Of a stretch of DNA of 64,000 nucleotides, positions 27,604 through 37,411 are shown one piece after another; within the stretch, counting starts at the first letter, position 1, and the number at the start of each line of letters is the position of its first letter. The notes beneath the pieces are model-generated. The model saw nothing but the letters and a program-made list of their open reading frames with translations, searched no databases and was not told the DNA's origin. Position numbers and translations under genes: made by a program. This DNA is from Fibrobacterales bacterium (lineage in GTDB: Bacteria; Fibrobacterota; Fibrobacteria; Fibrobacterales; JAOPTW01): NCBI GenBank assembly GCA_051532055.1, contig JAOPTX010000001.1, forward strand, positions 28,581-92,580. Reading direction: 5' to 3'.

Positions 27604-28583
27604 AAGAACAGTTAATTTCGGAGTCTTACGACTATAACTTTTTTCAGTCAGTGCACCTTATTGAACGCTATTTAGTAAATCAAGCATCTTCAAATAGTTT
27701 TCGTTCAAGTATGCGAAACAGAGAGCTTATACAATTCAAAACTGATAATACCATATCTTTTCCTGGTAATGATGTTGTAAGTGTTGTGAAAGATCCGAAG
27801 AGTGGAGGCTATACTCTGGCTCTCTCATTTATGGGACTTTATGGAGTCTCATCACCACTGCCATCTTATTTCACCGAGCCTCTCAATAGAGGCCGTGAAG
27901 AGTTTGCGCCTCTCAGAAAATTTCTAGATATCTTTTCACATCGTGTATATTCACTTTTCTATCAATCTTGGAAAAAGTATCGGTATCAGATACAGTACAA
28001 TCCTAAACGCCCTGATGATTATTCAAAGGCGCTCTATACCCTCATTGGTCGTACTTCACAGTCGACCCATGCACCAGAAACTCCAGAATATCGAAAGGAG
28101 ATGGCTCGCCTATCTCTTTCTAAACAAGTCTTTCAAAGAGTACGTTCGTCGGCCAATCTTAAACGAACACTACAACACTATTTTGCATTTCCAAAAGTTG
28201 TGGTACAACAATTTGCTCCAAAGGAAATTACTAATCCTGCACCATGTACTATCGGAAGCTCTCGGGCAATATTGGGTGGGTCGGTATTGGGAAGTACAAT
28301 AATTGATCGCACAGGGGCTTTTCAGGTAGATATTGGCCCTTTGTCTCATACACAGTTTCAACGTTTTCTCCCAGATGCTATGGGGAAACTTGGAGTACTC
28401 CGTGGTGAAGTTAAAAAACTCGTTGATGAGTTTTTAGATGCACCACTAGAATATGGAATAACAGTTGCTTTGGATCATACGGATACAGAATGTATGGAAA
28501 AAGTAACCACACTTGGTAGTGGGGCATTGGGGTGGAATACCTGGCTCGGCTTACCTAATGAAGAAATTACACTTAACCTTTAG
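27567..28583 (+). CDS. tssG: T6SS baseplate TssG
   Basis: YNFFQ.V, FMGLYGVSSPLP, FLDIFSHR...W.KYR, LGWNTWLG. The start may be ATG 27588. Confidence 0.95.
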   Translation: MATREGSMSHNLEEQLISESYDYNFFQSVHLIERYLVNQASSNSFRSSMRNRELIQFKTDNTISFPGNDVVSVVKDPKSGGYTLALSFMGLYGVSSPLPSYFTEPLNRGREEFAPLRKFLDIFSHRVYSLFYQSWKKYRYQIQYNPKRPDDYSKALYTLIGRTSQSTHAPETPEYRKEMARLSLSKQVFQRVRSSANLKRTLQHYFAFPKVVVQQFAPKEITNPAPCTIGSSRAILGGSVLGSTIIDRTGAFQVDIGPLSHTQFQRFLPDAMGKLGVLRGEVKKLVDEFLDAPLEYGITVALDHTDTECMEKVTTLGSGALGWNTWLGLPNEEITLNL

Positions 28584-28591
28584 AGGAACCT

Positions 28592-31327
28592 ATGATCTCA
28601 GCAAGTATTAAAAATATTCTTGAAAAACTAAATACACTTTCTAAAAAGAATTTGGAAGGAGCGCTTGGAGCTTGTGTGACCAGAGGTCACTATGAAATAA
28701 CCACGATGCATTTTATCGCACAGTGTCTCGAAGATAGCTCTGGTGATCTCATGGAAATTCTTGATTTCTTTAAAGTGGACCCCAACTTATTTAGAAAAGC
28801 ACTAAATGAAGAACTTAAAGAGTATCAATCAGGGAATTCGGGAAAACCTGTTTTTTCACCCTCCTTCTTAAGTACACTAGAATTAGCATGGAGTGAAGCG
28901 ACACTTAATTTGAACTGCCTAGAAATCAGAACAGGATCAGTAGTCGTTGCACTCAGAAAAAATATGAATCTCGTGCCAGAAGGGCTTCAAGATTATTTTA
29001 AATTGATTCAAGCAGAAACACTCGTAAATCAATTTGGTGAAATAGTTGCAGCTTCACGTGAAGGCCAAGCGACTAAACACTCAACAAGTAAAGATGATAA
29101 TATTTCTGAGGACTCATTTTTAGGTACTTACACAGAAGATTTCGTAGCTTTTGCTAAGACAGGTAAAATTGACCCTATTTTTGGCAGAGATGATGAGATT
29201 CGTCAGACAATAGATATTTTGTCTCGTAGACGTAAAAATAACCCAATTTTTATCGGAGAAGCAGGTGTTGGTAAAACCGCTGTAGTTGAAGGTCTTGCCC
29301 TTAAAATTGCAGAGGGGGATGTTCCTGATGCCCTTAAAGATGTTGAATTGAGAAGTCTTGATATGGGAACTCTTTCGGCAGGAGCTGGTGTTCGTGGTGA
29401 ATTTGAAAACCGCTTGAAAGGTATTATTAATGAGATAAAAGAGTCTGATAAACACATCATTCTTTTTATTGATGAAGCACATACTATGATTGGTGCGGGT
29501 GGTGAAGCAGGAAAGAACGATGCTGCGAACCTATTAAAACCAGAACTTGCACGGGGTGATCTGAAGTGTATAGCGGCTACAACTTTTACTGAGTTTAGAA
29601 AATATTTTGAAAAAGATCCAGCTATTGCACGTAGATTTCAAGCGGTTACAATTGCAGAACCTGATCCAGAGTCTGCTGCAATAATGTTGAGAGGCCTTCG
29701 TGAAAAATATGAGGACTTCCATGGAGTTAAAATTTCTTATGAAGCAGTTAAAGCAGCTTGTGAATTTTCCAATAAATTTATTGCAGGCCGTCAATTACCC
29801 GATAAAGCAGTTGACCTTTTAGATACTGCTACAGCGCGTGTTAAAATGGGTCTTAAAACCAAGCCTGCGGCGTTACAAAATCTTGAACAAAGTATTTCGA
29901 ATCTTCAAATTGAGATTAAAACTCTTGAGAAAGATTTGAATGCAGGAATTCTTCTTGATGAAACACAACTCACAGATGCAAAAGGTCGCTTTGAAAACGC
30001 TCAAACAGTTGCAGCGACACTTACTAATGAGTGGAGTAAAGAGCTAGAACAAGTTAATGCAATTATTGCCTTTGAAGAAAAGGTTCAAGCGGCATCAGAT
30101 GCGGATAAGCCAGCTTTAAGAGCTGAGTTGAAAGAATTGTGGAAGGCACTTGAAGAAATTCAAAATGAAAAACCATTAGTACATGCCCACGTTACTCCTG
30201 CAGTTGTTGCACAAATTATTGAAGAGTGGACTGGAATCCCTGCTGGTAATATGATGAAATCAGAGGCAGCGACGCTTCTTGAACTTGGAGAAACAATCAA
30301 TAGACGTGTTATTGGTCAGCCCTGGGGAGTTGCCGAAATATCAAATACTATTCGTTCTGGTAAAATGGGCCTTACTAAAGCTGAAGCACCAATGGGTGTT
30401 TTTCTAGTAACCGGACCATCTGGTGTTGGTAAAACTGAAGTAGCACGTACAATCGCCGATCTAATGTTTGGTGGTGAACGTTCAGTAGTGACTATTAATA
30501 TGTCTGAATATCAAGATAGTATGTCCGTCACCCAATTGAAAGGTGCAAGTGCTGGTTACGTTGGTTATGGTGATGGTGGTATACTTACAGAGGGCGTTCG
30601 TAAAAACCCATATACTGTAGTTATTCTCGATGAAGTTGAAAAAGCGCATAAAGATGTATTGAACATGTTTTATCAGGTATTTGATCAAGGTATACTTAGA
30701 GATGGGGAAGGACGTGATATTAATTTCCGTAATACCGTTATTTTGATGACAAGTAATTTAGGTACAGATACTATCTGTAATATGGCTGTGGATGAAGAAA
30801 ACGATTATGAATATGGTGAATACTCAGAAGCAATAGTTGATGAGCTCACAGCGCACTTTGCCCCAGCTCTTTTGGCGCGATGTAAGGTTGTTCCATTCTT
30901 GCCTTTAGGATATGATTCACTACAAAAAATTATTGCTATTAAACTCAATAAAGTAGCGAATACTCTCATGAATACTCATGGTGTCACACTTGCGGTATCA
31001 CCAAAAATTATTGAGAAAGTAGTTAACCAGTGTACTCTTATGCAGTCTGGTGCACGTAACATTGATACTATTCTTGATCAACAGATTTTACCGGAAATTT
31101 CTAAAAACCTTTTGATTAATGTTGCTGATGAAAAAGTTGTAACACACCTCTTTATTTCAGTTGATGATGAAGGGCACTATCAGTTCTATTTTTCTGAAGG
31201 TGATTTTGATGCTCCTGAACTCAATGAAAATATTGAAGAAGTTGAGAATGAAATAGAATTGACTTCGGAAGAAAGTTCCGAAGCAGAACCTGATGCAGTC
31301 TCTGAAGAGACTACTGATGCACAGTAG
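28592..31327 (+). CDS. tssH: T6SS AAA+ ATPase ClpV (TssH)
   Basis: Two Walker A motifs (GEAGVGKT, GPSGVGKT), RRRKNNP, GYVGYG.GG.LTE. Confidence 0.96.
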   Translation: MISASIKNILEKLNTLSKKNLEGALGACVTRGHYEITTMHFIAQCLEDSSGDLMEILDFFKVDPNLFRKALNEELKEYQSGNSGKPVFSPSFLSTLELAWSEATLNLNCLEIRTGSVVVALRKNMNLVPEGLQDYFKLIQAETLVNQFGEIVAASREGQATKHSTSKDDNISEDSFLGTYTEDFVAFAKTGKIDPIFGRDDEIRQTIDILSRRRKNNPIFIGEAGVGKTAVVEGLALKIAEGDVPDALKDVELRSLDMGTLSAGAGVRGEFENRLKGIINEIKESDKHIILFIDEAHTMIGAGGEAGKNDAANLLKPELARGDLKCIAATTFTEFRKYFEKDPAIARRFQAVTIAEPDPESAAIMLRGLREKYEDFHGVKISYEAVKAACEFSNKFIAGRQLPDKAVDLLDTATARVKMGLKTKPAALQNLEQSISNLQIEIKTLEKDLNAGILLDETQLTDAKGRFENAQTVAATLTNEWSKELEQVNAIIAFEEKVQAASDADKPALRAELKELWKALEEIQNEKPLVHAHVTPAVVAQIIEEWTGIPAGNMMKSEAATLLELGETINRRVIGQPWGVAEISNTIRSGKMGLTKAEAPMGVFLVTGPSGVGKTEVARTIADLMFGGERSVVTINMSEYQDSMSVTQLKGASAGYVGYGDGGILTEGVRKNPYTVVILDEVEKAHKDVLNMFYQVFDQGILRDGEGRDINFRNTVILMTSNLGTDTICNMAVDEENDYEYGEYSEAIVDELTAHFAPALLARCKVVPFLPLGYDSLQKIIAIKLNKVANTLMNTHGVTLAVSPKIIEKVVNQCTLMQSGARNIDTILDQQILPEISKNLLINVADEKVVTHLFISVDDEGHYQFYFSEGDFDAPELNENIEEVENEIELTSEESSEAEPDAVSEETTDAQ

Positions 31328-31335
31328 GAGGATTT

Positions 31336-33489
31336 ATGAGTTCTGCAGATACCACAATCTATAGACTAACTGTTTCTGGACTTCCTGAAGATCAGTTTAC
31401 GGTACTCTCATTTTCTGGAATTGAAGAAGTTGCTATAGGATATAGTTACAAGGTAGTTGCCATTAGCAATGAGACTGACTTGAGTTATGATGAGCTTATA
31501 GGAATTCAAACCTCATTTGAAGTTAAGATAGCTGACGAAGCAATTTTGCACCATGGCATAATCACTGAAATCGATGAGGAACCTTTCATCGACAATAGAG
31601 CTCAATATACTTTGACTATTGAACCGAAACATTCACTGCTTAAGTATACCACTCAAAGTAGAATATTTCAGGAAATGAGTGTGCAAGAGATAGTGCAAGA
31701 AGTACTTGAAGGTGCTGGGCTCACATCAAATGATTTTTCATTTGAATTAAATGGGAGCTATGATCCATTAGAATTTACTGCTCAATACAATGAGTCTGAC
31801 TTTAATTTTATTCAGCGCCTAATGGAGTATAATGGAATTTACTATTTCTTTGATCATGAAGGCGACTCAGAAATTTTAAAAATTTGTGATGACAATGCTG
31901 CGTTTGGAGAAATGCAACTTGAGGCGCAACTCCGTTATCAACCAAATGCGGATATGGTTACACCAGAGCTTAATACTGTTCGATCCATAAATCGTCAGCG
32001 CAAAATGGTAACTGGCAAAGTTACTATGAAAGATTACAATTATTCTCAACCTGAGACTAATATTTTTGGAACTGCTGAAGCAGATGTTGGAGTAGGAGAG
32101 TTTTATCAGTTTGCTGATACAATGGGTACTACTGACCAAGCAAACTCACTTGCTACTTTACGTAAGGAGATGTTAGTTTGTCGTAAAGATGTGATCAGGA
32201 TTCGCTCGAGTTGTCATCAAATTAAATCGGGATATCAATGTACAATTGATGACGATGGTATTTATGGGTTTGATTCAGACTATCTTGTTCTTCGTGTTGA
32301 ACATCGAGGTTCACAAGAGGCTTCTGTTTTAGGTGAAGGTGCTGCTACAGGATATATGAATGTATTTCACTGTATTGATGCATCAGTAACTTTTAGACCT
32401 ATGTTTACTGTTAAAAAGCCTAAAATAGAAGGGCTTATGACGGTGAAAGTTGATGGGCCAGAAGATGATTATGCTTATTTGGATGATACTGGGCGCTATA
32501 AAGTCAAAATGCCGTATGATCTTTCCGACGCTTCAGATGGAACTGCGAGTCTTCCTGTACGTTTATCCCAACCTTATTCGGGGAGCAACTACGGAATGCA
32601 CTTTCCTGTGCACATGGGTTGTGATCTAGTTATTGGCTTTGAAAATGGGGATATTGATAAACCTATAGCTGTAGGTACAGCACCAAATCCATCTCAAAGC
32701 TCACCGGTAAGTAGTGCAAATAAGAGTGAAAGTATTATTAAGACCGCTTCTGGGCATCAGTTTCGTATGGATGACCTTGAAGATAAAACTAAAATTGATT
32801 TGATGACTACTGGTGGACATAATCTTGAGTTCAATGATGATGCAGAAATGCAACAGATTAAGATTACTTCAACGGGTGAACATCAGGTATTGATTGATGA
32901 CACAAATGAAATGATTATCATTAATACCAAAGAAAATAAATCGACCATTACAATGGATAATCCCAATGAGTTTACCTCTATTGAGACAGCTACCGGACAT
33001 CTTATTAAGATGGATGATGCAAATGAGCTTATTGCTATTCAAAGTGGTGCAGGCCATGCTATTCAGATTCATGATGGTGATGGTTTAATTACATTGCAAG
33101 ATGCTGATGGTTCGCATGTAATTCAGATAGATGCTTCAGGTACTATAAGTGTAACTACGAGTGGTGATATCGAAATGAAAGCAGATGGTGCCATTAATAT
33201 GGATGGTGATGAAGTAAATATTACAGGCCATTCTGCAGTAAATATTACATCTGATATGGGAGATGTTGCCATTGAAGGCATGAACCTTAATGCTAAAAGT
33301 TCTGCTGGTGATGTTGCTATAGAGGCAGCAATGAATGCAAATCTTAAGGGCGGTATGAACCTTGCATTAGAAGGTGGATTAAATCTTGAGGCTAAAGCAG
33401 GACTTGAGGGTAAATTTACTGGAACAATGGTGACCACTGAAGGCTCAGCAATGATGACCGTCAAAGGTGGTTTGGTAATGATAAACTAG
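31336..33489 (+). CDS. vgrG: T6SS spike VgrG (TssI) with gp5-like beta-repeat C-terminus
   Basis: SRIFQ, QYNESDFNFIQRL, DYNY, GMHFP...F.NGDIDKP; repeated T..GH...DD units; ends KGGLVMIN. Confidence 0.95.
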   Translation: MSSADTTIYRLTVSGLPEDQFTVLSFSGIEEVAIGYSYKVVAISNETDLSYDELIGIQTSFEVKIADEAILHHGIITEIDEEPFIDNRAQYTLTIEPKHSLLKYTTQSRIFQEMSVQEIVQEVLEGAGLTSNDFSFELNGSYDPLEFTAQYNESDFNFIQRLMEYNGIYYFFDHEGDSEILKICDDNAAFGEMQLEAQLRYQPNADMVTPELNTVRSINRQRKMVTGKVTMKDYNYSQPETNIFGTAEADVGVGEFYQFADTMGTTDQANSLATLRKEMLVCRKDVIRIRSSCHQIKSGYQCTIDDDGIYGFDSDYLVLRVEHRGSQEASVLGEGAATGYMNVFHCIDASVTFRPMFTVKKPKIEGLMTVKVDGPEDDYAYLDDTGRYKVKMPYDLSDASDGTASLPVRLSQPYSGSNYGMHFPVHMGCDLVIGFENGDIDKPIAVGTAPNPSQSSPVSSANKSESIIKTASGHQFRMDDLEDKTKIDLMTTGGHNLEFNDDAEMQQIKITSTGEHQVLIDDTNEMIIINTKENKSTITMDNPNEFTSIETATGHLIKMDDANELIAIQSGAGHAIQIHDGDGLITLQDADGSHVIQIDASGTISVTTSGDIEMKADGAINMDGDEVNITGHSAVNITSDMGDVAIEGMNLNAKSSAGDVAIEAAMNANLKGGMNLALEGGLNLEAKAGLEGKFTGTMVTTEGSAMMTVKGGLVMIN

Positions 33490-33499
33490 GGTTAAGAGT

Positions 33500-34540
33500 A
33501 TGTGGCAGACAACACTTATCCCTGGCTATAAACCAGATGGTACACCGATATTGAGTGTACTAGCTAAAGAAACCTATCGCTATACCAATGGGACAATGGC
33601 TGAAGTTGATACTGATGCCCCCATTGAACTCTACGAAGAGGATAGTTATTATGGTGAAGGGGACCCCACAAAGGACCCTTTAAAACATGAATCGGACCTT
33701 GTAGCTTTTAAGCCATCAACTGATGTGATCTTTATTGGTAAGGCAGAGTGCCCGAATGGTAAAAAAGCACGGTTTTTTGATTTAACCGTGGCGGTTAATG
33801 AACTTTTTAAGACGGTTCGGGTAATAGGGAACCGCACAGCGTTAGTAACACCTTCGGGTCTTACCTTTTCGGAGCCAGAACTTTTTGAGTCGATGCCTCT
33901 TCATTTTGGACTTGCGTATGGTGGTTCTGATAGTGAGTCAGACCCTGAGTATGACTACGTATATGCTCCTAATCCAATAGGGAAGGGTTATATTATTAAA
34001 AATAATCCATTAGTTCTTCATGGGTTGGAACTTCCCAATCTTGAGGACCCTCATCACTTACTAACTCCTGATTCATTAGTTCTTAAAAACCACGAACGTT
34101 GGAAGACTATGCCAGTACCGTGTGCTCTTGGATATCGATCAAAGCATGGAATCGATCGGATGATGCTGATTCAAAAAGGTGTTGAGCCGGGGAGAGAAGG
34201 CGATGCTGATATAAAAGGATATGTACATCCTTCTTTTTATAACGGTGCATCGATGGAAATGACTTTGCCTTTGCTGCAAGGTGGTGAACGTATTACTATG
34301 ATGTATATGGACCCTGAACATCCTAAGTTTCACTTTCAGTTGCCCGCTGAACAACCTATGCTCTGGCTGAATACTGGAATAGGAATCCGTGAAGCAAAAG
34401 CAACTCTCCAAACAGTTGAAGTTTATAAACCGACGAATCAGGTCACACTTCTTTGGCGTGGTGAATTTGTATACCCTGGTCCAGAGGCCTTTGGTTCATT
34501 TACAGCTCTTGAATATGGAGCTACTACAGTAATTAATTAA
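33500..34540 (+). CDS. DUF2169-family T6SS accessory protein (paralog of 9825-10910)
   Basis: ESDLVAFKPSTDV, LAYGG, NPIGKG, LPNLEDP, FYNGA, LLWRG. Confidence 0.9.
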   Translation: MWQTTLIPGYKPDGTPILSVLAKETYRYTNGTMAEVDTDAPIELYEEDSYYGEGDPTKDPLKHESDLVAFKPSTDVIFIGKAECPNGKKARFFDLTVAVNELFKTVRVIGNRTALVTPSGLTFSEPELFESMPLHFGLAYGGSDSESDPEYDYVYAPNPIGKGYIIKNNPLVLHGLELPNLEDPHHLLTPDSLVLKNHERWKTMPVPCALGYRSKHGIDRMMLIQKGVEPGREGDADIKGYVHPSFYNGASMEMTLPLLQGGERITMMYMDPEHPKFHFQLPAEQPMLWLNTGIGIREAKATLQTVEVYKPTNQVTLLWRGEFVYPGPEAFGSFTALEYGATTVIN

Positions 34541-34545
34541 AAAGA

Positions 34546-34582
34546 ACCAGCTCCTACGTTCTCGTAAAAGCTGGGCTCCTTT
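34546..34582 (+). terminator. Probable terminator hairpin ending the T6SS operon
   Basis: CCAGCT..TACG-ttct-CGTA..AGCTGG, imperfect stem with a weak tail. Confidence 0.45.
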
Positions 34583-34591
34583 GTCAGAACT

Positions 34592-35418
34592 CTATATATC
34601 TATTCTAAACCCATTTGTAGTAATGCAATAGAAAGCATAGTGCTCAAATACTTCATCGAGATGAGTATGAATATGTTCACTGAGAGAAGGTGGCGATATA
34701 TTGGATATTGCGGTAGTAAAATTTATTTTCCATCGTGTAAAATGAATGAGCTCTGGAGTATAAAAGGTGAGCTCCCATTCAGGCCCAATTTTTATTTGTG
34801 AATGAAATCAAAAATAGTATTTACTTTAATCTAAGAGACCCAAGTTATGAGTGTGGATTTGTAGAGTTACTTTAATTATGGGACTATCTGTTTTTTGTTG
34901 TTCAATATATTGAACAAGTGTGAGTCGAGTGTGCGCGTTGAAAGAATCACTTCTTAATTCTATCTGTTGGATTATATCGCCACGAAAATATCGGTATTTA
35001 TTTCTGAGTTGACAATATCTTATAAGATGCTAGTGGTCCTTATAATGTATAAGCCCTATTGGTTCAATAACGGGTTCGGTTGTCTCACTTTTTTTTGATG
35101 CATAGATAATTAGAAGGTTTTTTGATCCTGTGATAGCCTGTTGTATCTCATTAATAGTTTGAGGGGTACTCGTTTTTTCAAATGGTTTTTGGCGATGGAT
35201 AGAAATCGAGTACATTGGACTGGGGGGAGTCAGTACCCTTCGAGTAAAAAATATCCAGCCTCTGCTCCTGTGAGAACTCCAGCTCGTTCAAGGGCTCGAA
35301 TGTCGAGATACATTGTTCTGAGGCTTAATTAAAATCTCTCAGCGATCTCTTTAGTTGTGATAATTTGTTTGGATTGGAGTTGTATGAGGATTGTCGAGAG
35401 TCTGTCTATTCTATTTTG
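34592..35418 (-). pseudogene. Pseudogene of a YafY-like HTH-WYL-WCX transcriptional regulator
   Basis: Minus strand reads NRIDRLSTILIQLQSK...IAERF*LSLRTMYLDIRALERAGV...GY*LPPV, then after a frameshift/deletion IQQAI...IEPIGL...DH*HLIRYCQLR...FR.D. It has at least 5 in-frame stops and no start codon. Confidence 0.88.
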
Positions 35419-35574
35419 CTCTAAGAATAGTAAGGGATGAATAAATAGCAATGGGAGAAGAATAGTAGCATTGCAATCTTGTAATTTATGAATAGTCGCT
35501 TATTTTTCCTGTCATGATGAACCTGAGCATTGTAGATTTATTGGTAAGAATAAACAGAAAGATATGGAGTTACC

Positions 35575-35886
35575 ATGAGAAAAATGCCACTATTTATTGT
35601 TGTACTTATTGCTTTGTTGGGGAGTGCATCAATCGCATTTGCTTGCGGAAGTTGTGACAAGCCAGAGTGTAAAAAAAGTGAAAAAATAGAGTGTTCTAAA
35701 AAAGATCATTCCAAGTGTGATAAAGTGAAGTGTAGTAAAGTAACATGCGATAAAACACCAGAAGAGTGTGCAAAAGCTAAGAAAGACTGTACTAAAAAAG
35801 AGTGCCCTAAAAGTGCTATGAAAGAAGATGAAAAACCGAAATGTCATAGAGGGACTGCTCAAGAAAAAGCTGAAGGAGTTCTCTAG
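35575..35886 (+). CDS. Exported Cys/Lys-rich small protein (possible metal-binding protein or second RiPP precursor)
   Basis: GGAG RBS, signal peptide, 11 Cys in repeated C-x-K units. Confidence 0.75.
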   Translation: MRKMPLFIVVLIALLGSASIAFACGSCDKPECKKSEKIECSKKDHSKCDKVKCSKVTCDKTPEECAKAKKDCTKKECPKSAMKEDEKPKCHRGTAQEKAEGVL

Positions 35887-35906
35887 TATCTATCAGTGAT
35901 AATATT

Positions 35907-35941
35907 AAAAAAAACAGTAAGGTTACCTTACTGTTTTTTTT
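35907..35941. terminator. Bidirectional rho-independent terminator
   Basis: A-run, CAGTAAGG-tta-CCTTACTG, T-run. Confidence 0.85.
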
Positions 35942-36061
35942 ATGCTCTTTTCTTAACTGCATACAAACTTGTAAAATAAAAAAAGAACAGACAGAAAGTG
36001 TAAGTATTGGAGTTTTAGTATGACGAATGCCTATAGATTAACTCACCAAATAGGAATACTA

Positions 36062-36565
36062 ATGAAAAATAATCTCGTAAAACTCGCAATTGCTGGCATG
36101 CTTGCCGGAGGAATTTCAGCATGCTCTGAAGATCTACAAACATCAACTAATGCTCCAACATCGGCTCATGAAGCTTTTAAAATATCGTGTGAAGAGCAGG
36201 GTGGGACGTATCAATTTAATGAAAATTGTGCAGCGAACCACGAGTGCGCTGGCCTTGCAATTAGTAAAGAGGGTGTTGTCGATAGTGAATGTGCAGGTAA
36301 AACAGCCTGCGATGGATCGGCTGTTTGTAATGGAGTAGAGAAAGCATCGAGTGCTGCAACTCAGCCAATGAGTTCTACTGCAGCAATGACTCTAGCAAAA
36401 TTTAAAGCTGATTGTAGTAGCATTGGGACTGTTTCAGAACATATATGTGGTGGGCATAACGATTGTAAAGGCCAGTCATTTAATGAAGACACGGGTGTAG
36501 TTGCTACACATGATTGCAAAGGTTTGGCTACCTGTAAAGGTGCATCTTGTGTGGTTGAAGGCTAA
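36062..36565 (+). CDS. Cys-rich lipoprotein; putative MNIO-modified RiPP precursor (bufferin-like), two tandem repeats
   Basis: Start MKNNLV (36062), lipobox ISAC, two 6-Cys units containing CxxxxxC[AKD]G pairs; directly upstream of DUF692. Confidence 0.8.
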   Translation: MKNNLVKLAIAGMLAGGISACSEDLQTSTNAPTSAHEAFKISCEEQGGTYQFNENCAANHECAGLAISKEGVVDSECAGKTACDGSAVCNGVEKASSAATQPMSSTAAMTLAKFKADCSSIGTVSEHICGGHNDCKGQSFNEDTGVVATHDCKGLATCKGASCVVEG

Positions 36566-36568
36566 TAG

Positions 36569-37411
36569 ATGGGTTCAATGAGAAATCAATTTAAGAATAT
36601 GGGAGTGGGAGTGGGGTTGCGTATACCGCACTACTCCTATATTTTTGAACATAACCCTCAGGTTGATTTTTTCGAAATAATATCCGAAAATTTTATGGTT
36701 GATGGGGGATTACCCATAAGAAATCTTGAGCGAATACTTGAGCAGTATCGAGTAGTTCAACATGGAGTTTCGATGAATTTGGGCTCTGTTGATCCACTCG
36801 ATTTTAAATATCTAGCAGACCTAAAAAAACTCGCGGATAAAACGGACACTCCGTACGTCACTGATCATCTTTGTTGGAGTGGTGCTGGGGGAGCCCATCA
36901 CCATGACTTGTTGCCATTGCCTTATACTGAAGAAAATGCCCAATACATTGCTGCGCGGGCTCATATTGTCCAAGATTATTTAGAACGACCTTTAGGGTTA
37001 GAAAACCTTTCGAGCTATGTATCATTTGAAAACTCAACGCTGACTGAGTGGGAGTTTTATAATCGCGTTATAGAGCTCTCTGACTGTTATTATATGCTTG
37101 ATATAAATAATGTATATGTGTCGGCAATCAATCAAAAATTTGACCCTAAAGAGTATATTTCTTCGATTGATTTTAATAAAGTAACTCAAGTACACATTGC
37201 AGGGCATACAGTGAATCCTGATGGAACTATTTTGGACACTCATGATATGCCTGTGTGTGATGCAGTGTGGGAACTCTACCGTATGAGTTGGGAGTTGTCA
37301 GGGAAAGGCTTTTCAACTCTCTTGGAGTGGGATGGGAATTTTCTTTCCTTTCCTGATACAATTGCAGAAGCTGAGAAAGCAAAACAGTATCAGGGGGTCG
37401 CAGTTGGTTAA
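36569..37411 (+). CDS. DUF692 multinuclear non-heme iron oxidase (MNIO)
   Basis: GVGLR.PH, EIISENFM, HGVSM, DHLCW, DLLPLP, LENLSSY, LDINNVYVS, HIAGH, DTH, LLEWD. Confidence 0.96.
   Translation: MGSMRNQFKNMGVGVGLRIPHYSYIFEHNPQVDFFEIISENFMVDGGLPIRNLERILEQYRVVQHGVSMNLGSVDPLDFKYLADLKKLADKTDTPYVTDHLCWSGAGGAHHHDLLPLPYTEENAQYIAARAHIVQDYLERPLGLENLSSYVSFENSTLTEWEFYNRVIELSDCYYMLDINNVYVSAINQKFDPKEYISSIDFNKVTQVHIAGHTVNPDGTILDTHDMPVCDAVWELYRMSWELSGKGFSTLLEWDGNFLSFPDTIAEAEKAKQYQGVAVG

Noticed and set aside
32730..33489. Repeats in the VgrG C-terminus as an evolved effector domain or repeat array
   Set aside because: They are ordinary gp5-like beta-helix repeats ending in a typical spike terminus; there is no toxin extension.
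35030..35332. 61-aa and 63-aa ORFs as independent small genes
   Set aside because: The minus ORF is a fragment of the WYL pseudogene and the plus ORF is its antisense shadow.
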